Below, piece after piece: positions 11,076 to 21,383 of a stretch of DNA of 64,000 nucleotides (positions are counted from its first letter, which is position 1; every line of letters starts with the position of its first letter). Source of the stretch: an uncultured Thermodesulfobacteriota bacterium (GTDB lineage Bacteria > Desulfobacterota > WTBG01 > CAIYCZ01); assembly GCA_964594075.1 (NCBI GenBank), contig CAZQKW010000004.1, forward strand, positions 38,171 through 102,170, written 5' to 3'. The notes beneath the pieces were generated by a model, which saw nothing but the letters and a program-made list of their open reading frames with translations, made no database searches and was not told where the DNA came from. A program made the translations under genes and the position numbers.

Positions 11076-11564
11076 ATGGACGGCAAACGAGTCAAAGACA
11101 GTCGGGTAACCATTTCATATGTCATGATGCCTGAAGACGCAAACCCGGCTGGTAATGTGCACGGCGGGATTATTATGAAACACATTGATATGACCGGTGG
11201 CGTCGTCGCCATGCGCCACGCGCGCTGTAATGTGGTCACGGCATCCATTGACAGCCTGATATTCCACTACCCGGTATTTGTGGGTGACCTGGTTACCCTT
11301 AAGGCCAGTCTCAACATGGTGGCGCGTTCGTCAATGGAGGTGGGCGTGCGCGTGGAGACAGAAAATCTTTTCACCGGAGAGGTGCGGCATACCGCTTCCG
11401 CCTATCTCACCTTCGTAGCTCTGGACCGCAACGGCAGACCCACGCCGGTGCCGCAGCTCATTCTTGAAACTGAAGAAGAACAACGGCGTAACCGCCAGGC
11501 TATTGAACGCCGGGCCGTGCGCCTTGCGGAGAGAAATAAAAAAGCTGCCGAGAGTAAAAAATGA
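11076..11564 (+). CDS. acyl-CoA thioesterase (hotdog fold, YciA-like)
   Basis: MPEDANPAGNVHGGIIMKHID hotdog motif; 162 aa. Confidence 0.75.
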   Translation: MDGKRVKDSRVTISYVMMPEDANPAGNVHGGIIMKHIDMTGGVVAMRHARCNVVTASIDSLIFHYPVFVGDLVTLKASLNMVARSSMEVGVRVETENLFTGEVRHTASAYLTFVALDRNGRPTPVPQLILETEEEQRRNRQAIERRAVRLAERNKKAAESKK

Positions 11565-11712
11565 TTATTTCTGCAAGCCCTCCGGGCAGCGCTCAACACG
11601 AGCGACAACCCCGGGGCGCTCATTAACCACGGTTCATGCTGAATGGTGGCGGAATTAGTAACCCGCTTGCTTTTTTTATCCCCGGCAGCGTTTGAAAGAA
11701 AGTGGAGACAAT

Positions 11713-13752
11713 ATGGCCCAGACCGTAAAGACCTATTGCGGCATCTGTGAAAAATCCTGCGGCATGCAGGTAACCGTAGCAGATAATCGGGTGCTCAATG
11801 TTGAAGGGCTGAAAGAACATGTAAAAAGCCAGGGCGACCTTTGCGTGAAAGGCAGAGCTGCGCGGGACATTCTCTATGCGCCTGACCGGCTCAAATCGCC
11901 GCTGAAAAAGTTAAATGGCACATGGATTGAAACAGGCTGGGATGACGCCCTTTCGTTGATTGCTGATAATCTGCAGAAATTAAAAGCACGGCATGGCGCC
12001 GGCAGCCTTGCGGTATATCACGGGCAGACCTATCTGAAAAACAACGTTGCCATGTTTTCCATGAAGCGGTTTCTCTCATTGTGTGGCACCCCCAATCTGT
12101 GCTCGGCTGCCAGCGAGTGCTTTATCCCGCAGTTGCTCAATGGCATAGCCACCTTTGGCGGCCTTGCCATGCCGGACATTGAACGCAGCCGCTGCACCAT
12201 CATCTGGGGCGCAAACCCCTTTGCCAGCGGCAGTCTGTTAGGCTGCAACACCCGCAGCATGCGCATCGTGCACACCCTCAAACAACAGGGCGTTCAGTTT
12301 ATTGTGATAGACCCGCGCACCCCAGAGGTGGCGCGGCTCGCCGACATACATCTGCAGCCGCGGCCCGGCACCGACGGCGCTCTGGCGCTGGGCATGATGC
12401 GGGTCATGGTGGATGAGAATCTATATGACAAAGCGTATGTGGAGCAGCACACGTCAGGCTTTGACCAGCTCGCGCACCTGCTTACACAATATGACCTGAA
12501 AACCGTAGAACAGATAACCGGCGTGTCGAAAAGCGACATTGAGCGCGCTGCACGCCTGTTTGCTGCAACCAAACCTGCCAGCATTATGAACGGCAACGGC
12601 CTTGAACATCATACCAATACCGTGCAGACGCTGCGCGCCCTCTCGATCCTGCTTGCCATCACTGGAAATATTGATGTTCCGGGCGGAAACACCTTTTTAA
12701 CCCCGCTCTTTTTCAATCCGGAACAACCGGAGGGAATGCCGGCACCTGAGGGAAGTCCCATCGGCACGGAAGAGCACCCGCTGTTTGTCAGCATGATCAA
12801 TCAGGCCCAGGCGCTGGTAGTTATGGAAAAAATCCTTGAAGCCTCAGACAGCCCGGTAAAGGCTCTCATCGTTGCCGGCGGCGCGCCGCTGCCGCAGCTT
12901 GCCAACAGCGCTCAAGTAAAAGCCGCGCTGCAAAAACTTGATTTCATCGTTGTCATAGACCAGTTTATGACGGCCACGGCACAGTATGCAGATATCGTGT
13001 TGCCTGCCGCTTTTTTCCTTGAGCGCGATGAACTCTCAACCATGCCGTTGAACCTGCAAAATAAAGCAGTTGAGGGCGGTCAGTGCTGGCCGGACTGGAA
13101 AATATGGTGGGAACTGGGCACACGCATGGGATATGCGCAATTTTTCCCCTGGAAAACGTTTGCCGAGGCTGCTGATTGCCTTCTGCAATCTGCCGGCTAT
13201 ACCTACGAGGAGCTTAAAAAACATCCCGAGGGTATCATCCAAAAAGAAACGCCCGGAAAATTTCTTGAGCAGGGTTTTTATACATTCTCCGGTAAAATTG
13301 AACTGTATTCTCAATCCCTGAAATCAAACGGATACGACCCGCTCCCGGTTTATCGGGAGCCCGGCGAAAGTATTGCAGCCACGCCCGCCCTTGCCGCAGA
13401 GTATCCCCTCACCCTTACCACGGGCGCACGCGTGCCCATGTTTCTCCACTCGCAACACCGCACTATTGAGAGTCTGCGAAAATTGTGGCCGGAACCCTAT
13501 CTTGAAATACATCCGGAAACTGCCCGTTCCTGCGGCATAGGTGATGGGGAACTGGTCGTCGTGGAGTCCCCCCGGGGCAGCCTGAGTATTAAAGCAAAAC
13601 TCACGTCCGGCATACTCCCCCATGTCGTGCATCTGCCCCATGGTTGGGTGGATGCGGACTGCAATCTGCTCACCGACCACAAACAGCGGGACCCCATTTC
13701 AGGATTCCCGGGGCTGAAATCATCATTGTGCCGGATCAAGAAAGCATATTGA
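11713..13752 (+). CDS. molybdopterin (Mo/W-bisPGD) oxidoreductase catalytic subunit, cytoplasmic (no Tat signal)
   Basis: N-terminal CGICEKSCGM...C 4Fe-4S motif, MopB-like domain order and a C-terminal beta-barrel (LHSQHRT, GDGELVVVESPRG). The Shine-Dalgarno GGAG makes 11713 a better start than 11692. Confidence 0.8.
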   Translation: MAQTVKTYCGICEKSCGMQVTVADNRVLNVEGLKEHVKSQGDLCVKGRAARDILYAPDRLKSPLKKLNGTWIETGWDDALSLIADNLQKLKARHGAGSLAVYHGQTYLKNNVAMFSMKRFLSLCGTPNLCSAASECFIPQLLNGIATFGGLAMPDIERSRCTIIWGANPFASGSLLGCNTRSMRIVHTLKQQGVQFIVIDPRTPEVARLADIHLQPRPGTDGALALGMMRVMVDENLYDKAYVEQHTSGFDQLAHLLTQYDLKTVEQITGVSKSDIERAARLFAATKPASIMNGNGLEHHTNTVQTLRALSILLAITGNIDVPGGNTFLTPLFFNPEQPEGMPAPEGSPIGTEEHPLFVSMINQAQALVVMEKILEASDSPVKALIVAGGAPLPQLANSAQVKAALQKLDFIVVIDQFMTATAQYADIVLPAAFFLERDELSTMPLNLQNKAVEGGQCWPDWKIWWELGTRMGYAQFFPWKTFAEAADCLLQSAGYTYEELKKHPEGIIQKETPGKFLEQGFYTFSGKIELYSQSLKSNGYDPLPVYREPGESIAATPALAAEYPLTLTTGARVPMFLHSQHRTIESLRKLWPEPYLEIHPETARSCGIGDGELVVVESPRGSLSIKAKLTSGILPHVVHLPHGWVDADCNLLTDHKQRDPISGFPGLKSSLCRIKKAY

Positions 13753-13809
13753 TACATAAAATAATTCAGCACCGCCTTGACAAACCATCAATCGCCAAAA
13801 GGAAGCCTT

Positions 13810-15261
13810 ATGCACACAGTTCAGGTATCACCTAAGGCCGGCGTCCGCTATCTGCCGCTGTTAATTTGGGTTTTAAGTTTTTCCTTTGCCACGACTTTTA
13901 ACCGCGCGCCGGCGTATAGCGAGACCCTGAGGTATGCGCCGGCCGATTTTAAAGCGGCAATCGCCTGGGTTGCGGAAAAAAATATCCCCGCAGTGGTGCA
14001 CATTGACGTCATTGAGCGGCGCGAGGTTGTGGTGCCGTTTCAGCCGTTTGCGGACGACCCGTTTTTCCGCTACTTTTTTGACGTGCCGCAGATGCCGCGA
14101 AAATATAAACGCGAAATTCAGGGAATGGGCACCGGGATGATCATGGATGCCAGAGGCTACATTCTCACCAATAACCATGTGGTGGGCGGCGCCAGTAAAA
14201 TTCAGGTGCTGCTGGCAAACGGCCGCCGCTATCCGGCAACACTGGTGGGCGCCGATCCTAAAACCGACCTTGCAGTAATAAAAATATCGGCCAAGGAGCC
14301 GCTGCCCGCGGTAACCTTCGGCGATTCGGACAAAACCAAGGTGGGCGAGTGGGTGGTTGCGATTGGCCATCCGCGCGGCCTTGACCATACGGTCACCCAG
14401 GGCATCATCAGCGCCAAGCATCGCCAGGGCATTATGGATCCCAGTAGTTATCAGGACTTTCTGCAGACCGATGCCGCTATTAATCCCGGCAACAGCGGCG
14501 GACCGTTGCTGAACCTGCAGGGGGAAGTGATCGGCGTGAATGCGGCAATCGTTTCTCAGTCAGGAGGCTATGAAGGCATCGGCTTCGCCATACCGAGCAA
14601 CATGGCACAGTATGTGGCGCAGGCGATCATCGGCAGCGGCAAGGTGGAACGCGGGTGGCTGGGCATCAGCGTTCAGGACCTTACGCCGGAGTTGGCAAAA
14701 TCATTTAACGTGGATACCGCCACAGGCGCATTGATTGCGGATGTGGTAAAAAACAGCCCGGCGGATAAAGCCGGTTTGAAAAAGGGCGATGTGGTTACGG
14801 CGTTCAAGGGCGTTGAGGTTGCCGATGCCCGATCGTTGATCAATCGGGCTGCCAGCACGCCGATTGGCGAAACAGTGCCGTTAACCATCGTCCGCGACGG
14901 CAGAACTTCTGAAATTTCCGTTACCATCGGCAGCATGCAGCAGGCCGCCCGAGCGCTCGCGGCATCCCTCAAGGAACGCCTTGGCGCGGAATTCAGGGCC
15001 GTCGGCACGCGGGAAATAAAAAAATACGGGCTCGATTCATCCGCCGGCGTCGTGGTTGAATGGCTTGATCGTGACGGACCGCTGGCAGCAGCAGGATTTG
15101 AAGTTGGCGACATTATTTTTGAGATAAATGGACAGCCTATTGAAAACATTGAAGGTTTTATTACCCAGATACGCGCGCTGCCGCCGCAACAGCCGGTATC
15201 ACTGCTTGCTCTCGACCATAGAACTGGCAATACCGGTTATGTTAAAGTCATGCTTCGGTAG
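13810..15261 (+). CDS. htrA: periplasmic serine endoprotease HtrA/DegP family with two PDZ domains
   Basis: Signal peptide, TNNHVV (His), GNSGGPLLN (Ser) and two PDZ-like segments. The Shine-Dalgarno AGGAAG supports a start at 13810. Confidence 0.9.
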   Translation: MHTVQVSPKAGVRYLPLLIWVLSFSFATTFNRAPAYSETLRYAPADFKAAIAWVAEKNIPAVVHIDVIERREVVVPFQPFADDPFFRYFFDVPQMPRKYKREIQGMGTGMIMDARGYILTNNHVVGGASKIQVLLANGRRYPATLVGADPKTDLAVIKISAKEPLPAVTFGDSDKTKVGEWVVAIGHPRGLDHTVTQGIISAKHRQGIMDPSSYQDFLQTDAAINPGNSGGPLLNLQGEVIGVNAAIVSQSGGYEGIGFAIPSNMAQYVAQAIIGSGKVERGWLGISVQDLTPELAKSFNVDTATGALIADVVKNSPADKAGLKKGDVVTAFKGVEVADARSLINRAASTPIGETVPLTIVRDGRTSEISVTIGSMQQAARALAASLKERLGAEFRAVGTREIKKYGLDSSAGVVVEWLDRDGPLAAAGFEVGDIIFEINGQPIENIEGFITQIRALPPQQPVSLLALDHRTGNTGYVKVMLR

Positions 15262-15304
15262 TGTGCAAATACTCACGATCTGTTGAAAAAATGTCCAGCC
15301 CTGT

Positions 15305-15379
15305 GTCATTCTGAAGGAGCGTGGCGAGAGAAGAATCTATGGTAGAGGTGTTGAGATTCTTCGCGTTGCTCAGAACGAC
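15305..15379. repeat. REP-like 26-bp element, inverted pair
   Basis: GTCATTCTGAAGGAGCGTGGCGAGAGAAGAATCT ... GAGATTCTTCGCGTTGCTCAGAACGAC. Confidence 0.6.
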
Positions 15380-15507
15380 AGGTGCATATGGCCTTATGTT
15401 CTGCGCTGAAATAATCTTTCCCTGTTTTCCTTAAATGATGCCGCGCATCATACAGACGGTGGTTAATTATTGACAATACCTTGCGGCAGGAAAGGAGCAC
15501 CATAATA

Positions 15508-16647
15508 ATGTTTGGCAATCGTGTAACGCTGTTCAAGCTGTTTGGCTTTGCGGTGCGGGTGGACGCAAGCTGGGTAGTGCTTGCCGTTCTGATTACCTGG
15601 TCTCTTGCCAAAGGATGGTTTCCCTATACCCTGCGCGGCCCCTATTCCGCCAATGTGTACTGGTGGATGGGCATCGCCGGTGCCATTGGCCTGTTTGCAT
15701 CCATCATCTTTCATGAACTGTGTCATTCGCTGGTTGCACGCAGATTCGGTCTGCCCATCAGCGGCATCACCCTGTTTATTTTTGGCGGCGTCGCCGAGAT
15801 GGAGGATCAGCCGCAAAACGCCCGCGTAGAATTTTTCATGGCAGCTGCAGGGCCGGCATCAAGCTTTGTGCTGGGCGGCATCCTGTTCGGCATACATTCG
15901 TTTGGATATGCCCAGGGATGGCCGCTCCCAGTAACCGTTGTTTTAAACTATTTGGTTTATCTCAACCTGCTGCTGGCTGCCTTTAATCTGGTGCCCGCCT
16001 TTCCGCTTGATGGCGGGCGCATCTTGCGGGCCGCGCTGTGGGGCTGGAAGGGCAGCCTACGCTGGGCAACCCGCATTGCGTCACAGACCGGCTCCTTGTT
16101 CAGTATCATGCTGATTCTGTGGGGATTCTGGGCGATCCTGACCGGAAATTTTATCGGCGGCTTGTGGCGGGTCATGATCGGTATGTTCCTCAAACGCGCT
16201 GCGGACATGTCCTATCAGCAGGTTGTCGTGAGCCGGGCATTACAGGGCGAACCGGTGAGCAGATTTATGCGAGAGAATCCGGTCACGGTGCCGCCGCAGA
16301 TTACCATTGCGGAACTGATTGAGGACTTTGTGTATCGCTACCATTACAAGATGTTTCCCGTGGTGGACAACGGCAGACTGCTGGGCTGCATTGCCACGCG
16401 GCAATTTAAAAACCTGCCGCGGGAGGAGTGGCGGAGCGCCACCGTTGCGTCCCTTATGGAACACTGTTCCCCGGAGAACAGCATTGAGCCTGATGCAGAC
16501 GCCATACGGGCGCTGGCAAAGATGAATCAGACCGGGGCCTCGCGGCTGATGGTGGTGCGCGGCGAACGTTTGCTCGGCATCATTTCATTGAAAGACCTGC
16601 TGCAGTTTCTGTCTTTAAAAATGGAACTGGAAGGTGCTGACCGATGA
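15508..16647 (+). CDS. site-2 protease family (M50) zinc metalloprotease with tandem CBS domains
   Basis: HELCHSLVA (HExxH), FNLVPAFPLDGGRIL (LDG motif) and two C-terminal CBS-like repeats. Confidence 0.85.
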   Translation: MFGNRVTLFKLFGFAVRVDASWVVLAVLITWSLAKGWFPYTLRGPYSANVYWWMGIAGAIGLFASIIFHELCHSLVARRFGLPISGITLFIFGGVAEMEDQPQNARVEFFMAAAGPASSFVLGGILFGIHSFGYAQGWPLPVTVVLNYLVYLNLLLAAFNLVPAFPLDGGRILRAALWGWKGSLRWATRIASQTGSLFSIMLILWGFWAILTGNFIGGLWRVMIGMFLKRAADMSYQQVVVSRALQGEPVSRFMRENPVTVPPQITIAELIEDFVYRYHYKMFPVVDNGRLLGCIATRQFKNLPREEWRSATVASLMEHCSPENSIEPDADAIRALAKMNQTGASRLMVVRGERLLGIISLKDLLQFLSLKMELEGADR

Positions 16648-16650
16648 GTG

Positions 16651-17340
16651 TTAGCTGCTTTTTTCCTTGCGGTAGAGCAGCACTGCTTCTTCACCGACAA
16701 TTGTGATGATTAGGGTGAGGAGATAGCGCAGCCCGAGTTCTTTGCCCACCGTCCAGGCAATCTGCCGGCCGTAATACCAGGGATTGGTTACATTATATGC
16801 TCCCCAGGCAAGTTTGCGCGCAGTATTGACAAACCGGTTCCCCAACACCTGGGTAATTTTGCTGTCCTTAATTCGCTTATACCCGCGGTGAAGATACAGA
16901 ATTTCTGCCACCGTGCGGTCGCGCACTATGGTCAGGGGAACGCGGTTCAGATAACCCTCAACGCGCTCAACGACCCGCCGCACCAGATGCAACAAGCCGG
17001 CCACCGTTGCCTGATACAGGGGCTCATCCTTATCCGGAAAGTAAATGGATGCAATTTTTATCACCAGCTCCCGCGAAAGTTCAAACACAGACTCACCTGA
17101 CAGCTCGGTCTGACTGCTAAAATTCATCCAGATTCTGTTCCGCTCTTCCTCAATGATTTTATACGCAGCGTCATCCTCCAGAGTCATTTCTTTAATTCTC
17201 TGAAAGGGCACCTTGTTAAGCGAATCCATCTCTTCCTCAAGGTCCTTGATCTTTTTCTTCTCCCGCCAAATCAGAAACAGCAGCAGACAGGAAATTATTG
17301 CAAACAGCCCAATGATAATAATATACTGATACTCAGCCAT
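16651..17340 (-). CDS. hypothetical membrane-anchored protein
   Basis: N-terminal TM helix followed by a KKKIKDLEEE coiled segment. The Shine-Dalgarno GGAG supports a start at 17340. No family recognised. Confidence 0.45.
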   Translation of the reverse strand: MAEYQYIIIIGLFAIISCLLLFLIWREKKKIKDLEEEMDSLNKVPFQRIKEMTLEDDAAYKIIEEERNRIWMNFSSQTELSGESVFELSRELVIKIASIYFPDKDEPLYQATVAGLLHLVRRVVERVEGYLNRVPLTIVRDRTVAEILYLHRGYKRIKDSKITQVLGNRFVNTARKLAWGAYNVTNPWYYGRQIAWTVGKELGLRYLLTLIITIVGEEAVLLYRKEKSS

Positions 17341-17488
17341 GCCGACTCCGTGTGATTCTTTGTATGATAAACGCAACGAGAAAGATACGGTTTATTTTCG
17401 CGGTGAACAAAATTGCCGCAATTATTTTTTTAAACAATATGGTAAATGAGTTAAGTTTGCAATATAAACTCGGGGCGTAAACCATATC

Positions 17489-18151
17489 ATGCGTTTCATT
17501 ATTGATGCCTATAATGTTATCAGAACTAATCCTGAGGGCAAGCTGATTGAAAGCCGGCAGGGAAATCTCCCGGCACGCGCATGGCTTATAGATTTATGCC
17601 GTGCTGCGGTCAGGAACGGGGAAAAATGGATCGTGGTCTTTGATGGCGACGGCACGGCTACGGCAGAGCAGGTTCACGGCGGCACCCTTGAAGTGCGCTA
17701 CGCCACGCCGCAAACTGCAGACGAGGTTGTTCGCCAACTGGGGGAAGATGCAATAGCCCTGAAGATATCCGCGCGCATTGTTTCATCAGACGGCGAAGTG
17801 CGGGTTTCGGGATGCGAACACGTGGACAGCCAGTCATTTGTGGAATTTCTTAACCGGAGAAAAGTAAAAGGCGACCGGCCCAAGTCCCCCTCAAAGCAAG
17901 CCCTTTGTGAAAACATACTGAAAACCCTTGCAGAAAAAAGGCATATTCCTATGGACGCTATATCATACAAACTGAAAGATGAAGTAACTGAATGTATTTC
18001 CTATCTCTTCGCGCGAAATTTAGCGCCGCAAAAAATGGCGCGGGAAATTGAAAAATATTTAAGAGACCTCCTGCCGTTACAGCCAAACCCTGATCCCCAG
18101 AAAGAGGTCTTCCGGATAATAAAGAGCCGTATTGAATCCCTAAGCCGATAG
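17489..18151 (+). CDS. NYN/YacP-like (PIN-related) predicted RNA-binding protein
   Basis: MRFIIDAYNVI...VVFDGDG resembles the YacP/NYN N-terminus; 220 aa. Confidence 0.45.
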   Translation: MRFIIDAYNVIRTNPEGKLIESRQGNLPARAWLIDLCRAAVRNGEKWIVVFDGDGTATAEQVHGGTLEVRYATPQTADEVVRQLGEDAIALKISARIVSSDGEVRVSGCEHVDSQSFVEFLNRRKVKGDRPKSPSKQALCENILKTLAEKRHIPMDAISYKLKDEVTECISYLFARNLAPQKMAREIEKYLRDLLPLQPNPDPQKEVFRIIKSRIESLSR

Positions 18152-18448
18152 CCCCTTTTTTCACCCTCTTCATAACATCTAACCCCTTTTTTCCCAATTA
18201 ATATCCTCGCGGACATTTACTTTTATCAACAGCTGCAAGATTAAAAACAAAATACTTAAAATTAGTCTCATATAGGTTGCAAACTTCAACATAGCAATAA
18301 TAAACAATTATTTAGCAATAATATAATATTATATAGCATTATGCCTTATTGACTTTTAACGATATTTATTGATATAATTTACTCCAATTAAATAACAAAA
18401 ATTACTTAAATTAATATAAATTAACTCTTACAAGCTCATCCAGCACTT

Positions 18449-21310
18449 ATGCGCAAAAATTTTTATCTTCCATCCAGCTTTTTCCCCGGGCGTTCCTGCC
18501 TGTTTAAAATACTCTGCACAATAATTCACGGTATCTTAATAATCAGTTCTACACCGGTTGGCGCATCCTGGGAATGGCTGAATCCCTTGCCTCAGGGGAA
18601 TAATCTCTATGGTGTCTGGGTTAATACGTCAAGCGATGTTTTTGCGGTGGGCGCAGCAGGAACTATTCTGCATTATAACGGCAGCGAATGGACCAGTATG
18701 GCAAGCGGTACGTCGCTATCGTTATATGCGGTCTGGGGGACTTCGGGAGCCCATGTGATAGCCGTGGGGGACAAGGGAACTATCCTGCGCTATAACGGCA
18801 GCTCTTGGAGCAGCATGACCAGCGGCACAACCGCAGCTCTTAATGCCGTCTGGGGCAGCGCGCCTCATAACGTGCTTGCGGTAGGCGCTAATGGCGCCAT
18901 CCTGCGCTACGACGGCAGCTCCTGGAGCGCCATGAACAGCGGGACCAACAAATCGCTGTATGGCGTATGGTGCAGCTCCGCTACCAGCGCATGTGCCGTG
19001 GGAGATGACGGCACTATTCTATATTACAACGGCAGCAAGTGGAACGGCATGAGCAGCGGCACGACAACCTGGCTCAATGCCGTCTGGGGCAGTTCTGACA
19101 GTAACATATTTGCGGTTGGCGCCTCCGGCACGATCCTGCGTTACAACGGCAGCTCCTGGAGCAGCATGACCAGCGGCACTTTTGAGTGGCTCAGCGGCGT
19201 GTGGGGCAAGTCTGACAGCGATGTGTTTGCAGTGGGCGATAACGGAGATATTTTGCATTACGACGGTCTTTCCTGGAGCACCATGGCCAGCCCCTCAAAC
19301 GCCTGGCTAAATGCGGTCAATGGAAGCGCAGACGGCAATGTGTTTACGGTGGGGTTGTCCGGTGAAATCCTCGCCTTTGACGGCAGCACCTGGAGCAGCA
19401 TGACCAGCGGCACGACAACCTGGCTCAATGCCGTCTGGGGCAGTTCGGGCAACGATGTGTTTGCGGTGGGCGATAGCGGCACCATCCTCCACTACGACGG
19501 CAGCTCTTGGAGCAAAATGATCAGCACTACGCTTAAACCTTTATACGCGGTCTGGGGCAGTGCAAACAACAACGTGTTTGCGGTAGGCGATTCAGGAATT
19601 ATCCTGCGCTATAACGGCAGCACCTGGAGCAAAATGACCAGCGGCACCAGCAAATCGCTGTATGGCGTGTGGGGCAGTTCGGGCAACAACATATTCGCAG
19701 TGGGTAATGGCGGCACGATCCTGCGTTATGACGGCAGCACCTGGGTCAGCATGAGCAGCGGCACAACTATCTGGCTCACTGCCGTCTGGGGCAGTTCGGG
19801 CAGCGACGTGTTTGCGGTGGGCGACAGCGGTACCATCCTCCACTATGACGGCAGTGCCTGGAGCAGCATGATCAGCAACTCATTAGCATTGCTGAGTGGT
19901 ATCTGGGGCAGTTCGGCCAGCGACGTGTTCGCAGTGGGCGATAGCGGCGCCATTCTGCACTATGATGGCAGTATCTGGAGCGCCATGGCAAGCGGCACCA
20001 CCGCATGGCTTAAAGCAGCCTGGGGAGTTTCCGGCACTGATGTCTATGCCGTGGGAACCTCGGGCATTATTCTTCGCTTTGACGGCGGCACCTGGGTCAG
20101 CATGTCCTCACCCACAGCAAAGTCCCTTATGGGTATCTGGGGCATGGCTCAAGCAGATCTGTTTGCTGTGGGTGAAGGAGGCACCATTCTTCACACTATA
20201 GACAGCGGCGGCAGTAATACCACCACAGCCCCGTCAACCACTACCAGTATCGCAGATACCACCACCACAGAGCCAACCACGACGACCAGCATAGAATCCG
20301 GCCCATCAACAACAACGACCGAGCCGTCAACCACCTCCAGCAGCGTCGAACCATCCACTACGACAACAACCGCTATTTCCGGGGTGAGCATTGTCAATAT
20401 TACGCAGGACTGGTCAGGGGCAAGTGATGTAACCCTCACCTGGGAAAGCAGCGTGGGGCAGAGCTATTCCATCTTGCTGAAAGATGAATTCAGCGGCTCA
20501 TTCATCGCCGTGGATACGGTTGCCGGAAATCAGGGCACCACCTCCTGGACTGATAATGGCGTTTGGCCTGGCGGAACGCACCCTTCAACCGTTTCGCAGC
20601 GTTACTACAAAGTTTCCGCAAGCGGCATAGAGTCGCACAACACGGTCGGCATCTACCGCATCACCGTGCAGGAAGGCATGAATCTCATATCCCTACCGCT
20701 CATACCGTTCCGATCAGACCTGGTGAATGTGATAGGAAGCCAATTGACGGGCGCGCCAAATGAAGGGGACGCCGACCGCCTCTGGGTATGGAATGGAAAC
20801 AATTACGAATTTGCCTGGCTGGTGGAAGGCGTGGGACCACCCTATGACGGAACGTGGTACACCGGTAATGCCGAAACCGCGGTTACACTGGGCGCCGACC
20901 GCGGCGCATGGGTGCAGGTGCGGCCAGGACACGGGACGCAAACGGTCTATATCGCAGGTGAAGTTGCCGCAGCAGCACGTATTATTCCGCTGGCAACCGG
21001 CATGAATCTGGTGGGAAGCAGTTACCCAGTTGCGGTGCCGCTGGGCGACCAACAGAGCGATGACAGCAATCTGTGGGAAAGCGGGGCAACCGGTGCAGAT
21101 AATGAAGGAGATGCAGACCGGGTGTGGAGCTGGAACGGATCACATTATCAGTTCCACTGGCTGGTGGACCACGTCAATGCAACGCTTAACGGAACGTGGT
21201 ATTCGGGAAACAGCCCCAGCCCGCTCGCTCTTGAACCGGGGAAAGGATACTGGGTGCAAATCCGCGCCAATCATGCGGGTTTTACCTGGACCTATCCCAA
21301 ACCATATTGA
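18449..21310 (+). CDS. large secreted repeat protein: ~14 x 40-aa Asp-box/BNR-like beta-propeller repeats, Thr/Pro-rich linker, FN3-like segment, duplicated C-terminal ~90-aa domain
   Basis: The repeat unit is L.AVWGSS..DVFAVGD.GTILHYDGS.WS.M.SGT; the DGSxWS part resembles the sialidase Asp-box SxDxGxTW. The linker reads TTTAPSTTTSIADTTTTEPTTTT. The C-terminal duplication is NEGDADRxWxWNGxxYxFxWLV...GTWYxGN...WVQxR. Confidence 0.8.
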   Translation: MRKNFYLPSSFFPGRSCLFKILCTIIHGILIISSTPVGASWEWLNPLPQGNNLYGVWVNTSSDVFAVGAAGTILHYNGSEWTSMASGTSLSLYAVWGTSGAHVIAVGDKGTILRYNGSSWSSMTSGTTAALNAVWGSAPHNVLAVGANGAILRYDGSSWSAMNSGTNKSLYGVWCSSATSACAVGDDGTILYYNGSKWNGMSSGTTTWLNAVWGSSDSNIFAVGASGTILRYNGSSWSSMTSGTFEWLSGVWGKSDSDVFAVGDNGDILHYDGLSWSTMASPSNAWLNAVNGSADGNVFTVGLSGEILAFDGSTWSSMTSGTTTWLNAVWGSSGNDVFAVGDSGTILHYDGSSWSKMISTTLKPLYAVWGSANNNVFAVGDSGIILRYNGSTWSKMTSGTSKSLYGVWGSSGNNIFAVGNGGTILRYDGSTWVSMSSGTTIWLTAVWGSSGSDVFAVGDSGTILHYDGSAWSSMISNSLALLSGIWGSSASDVFAVGDSGAILHYDGSIWSAMASGTTAWLKAAWGVSGTDVYAVGTSGIILRFDGGTWVSMSSPTAKSLMGIWGMAQADLFAVGEGGTILHTIDSGGSNTTTAPSTTTSIADTTTTEPTTTTSIESGPSTTTTEPSTTSSSVEPSTTTTTAISGVSIVNITQDWSGASDVTLTWESSVGQSYSILLKDEFSGSFIAVDTVAGNQGTTSWTDNGVWPGGTHPSTVSQRYYKVSASGIESHNTVGIYRITVQEGMNLISLPLIPFRSDLVNVIGSQLTGAPNEGDADRLWVWNGNNYEFAWLVEGVGPPYDGTWYTGNAETAVTLGADRGAWVQVRPGHGTQTVYIAGEVAAAARIIPLATGMNLVGSSYPVAVPLGDQQSDDSNLWESGATGADNEGDADRVWSWNGSHYQFHWLVDHVNATLNGTWYSGNSPSPLALEPGKGYWVQIRANHAGFTWTYPKPY

Positions 21311-21383
21311 TTGTTAATGGGTGCTCTGTATGAGCCAGCACTGGGGAAATTCTATCCAAACATCACAAACAAGGGGCATTTAA

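Noticed and set aside
13873-15230. 182-aa and 185-aa minus-strand ORFs
   Set aside because: They are antisense to htrA/degP, whose catalytic motifs are intact.
19019-19843. Several 60-83-aa minus-strand ORFs (AAEPL/HAAPGAAV-rich)
   Set aside because: They are antisense to the GC-rich repeat region of the propeller gene and are themselves repetitive because the sense strand is.
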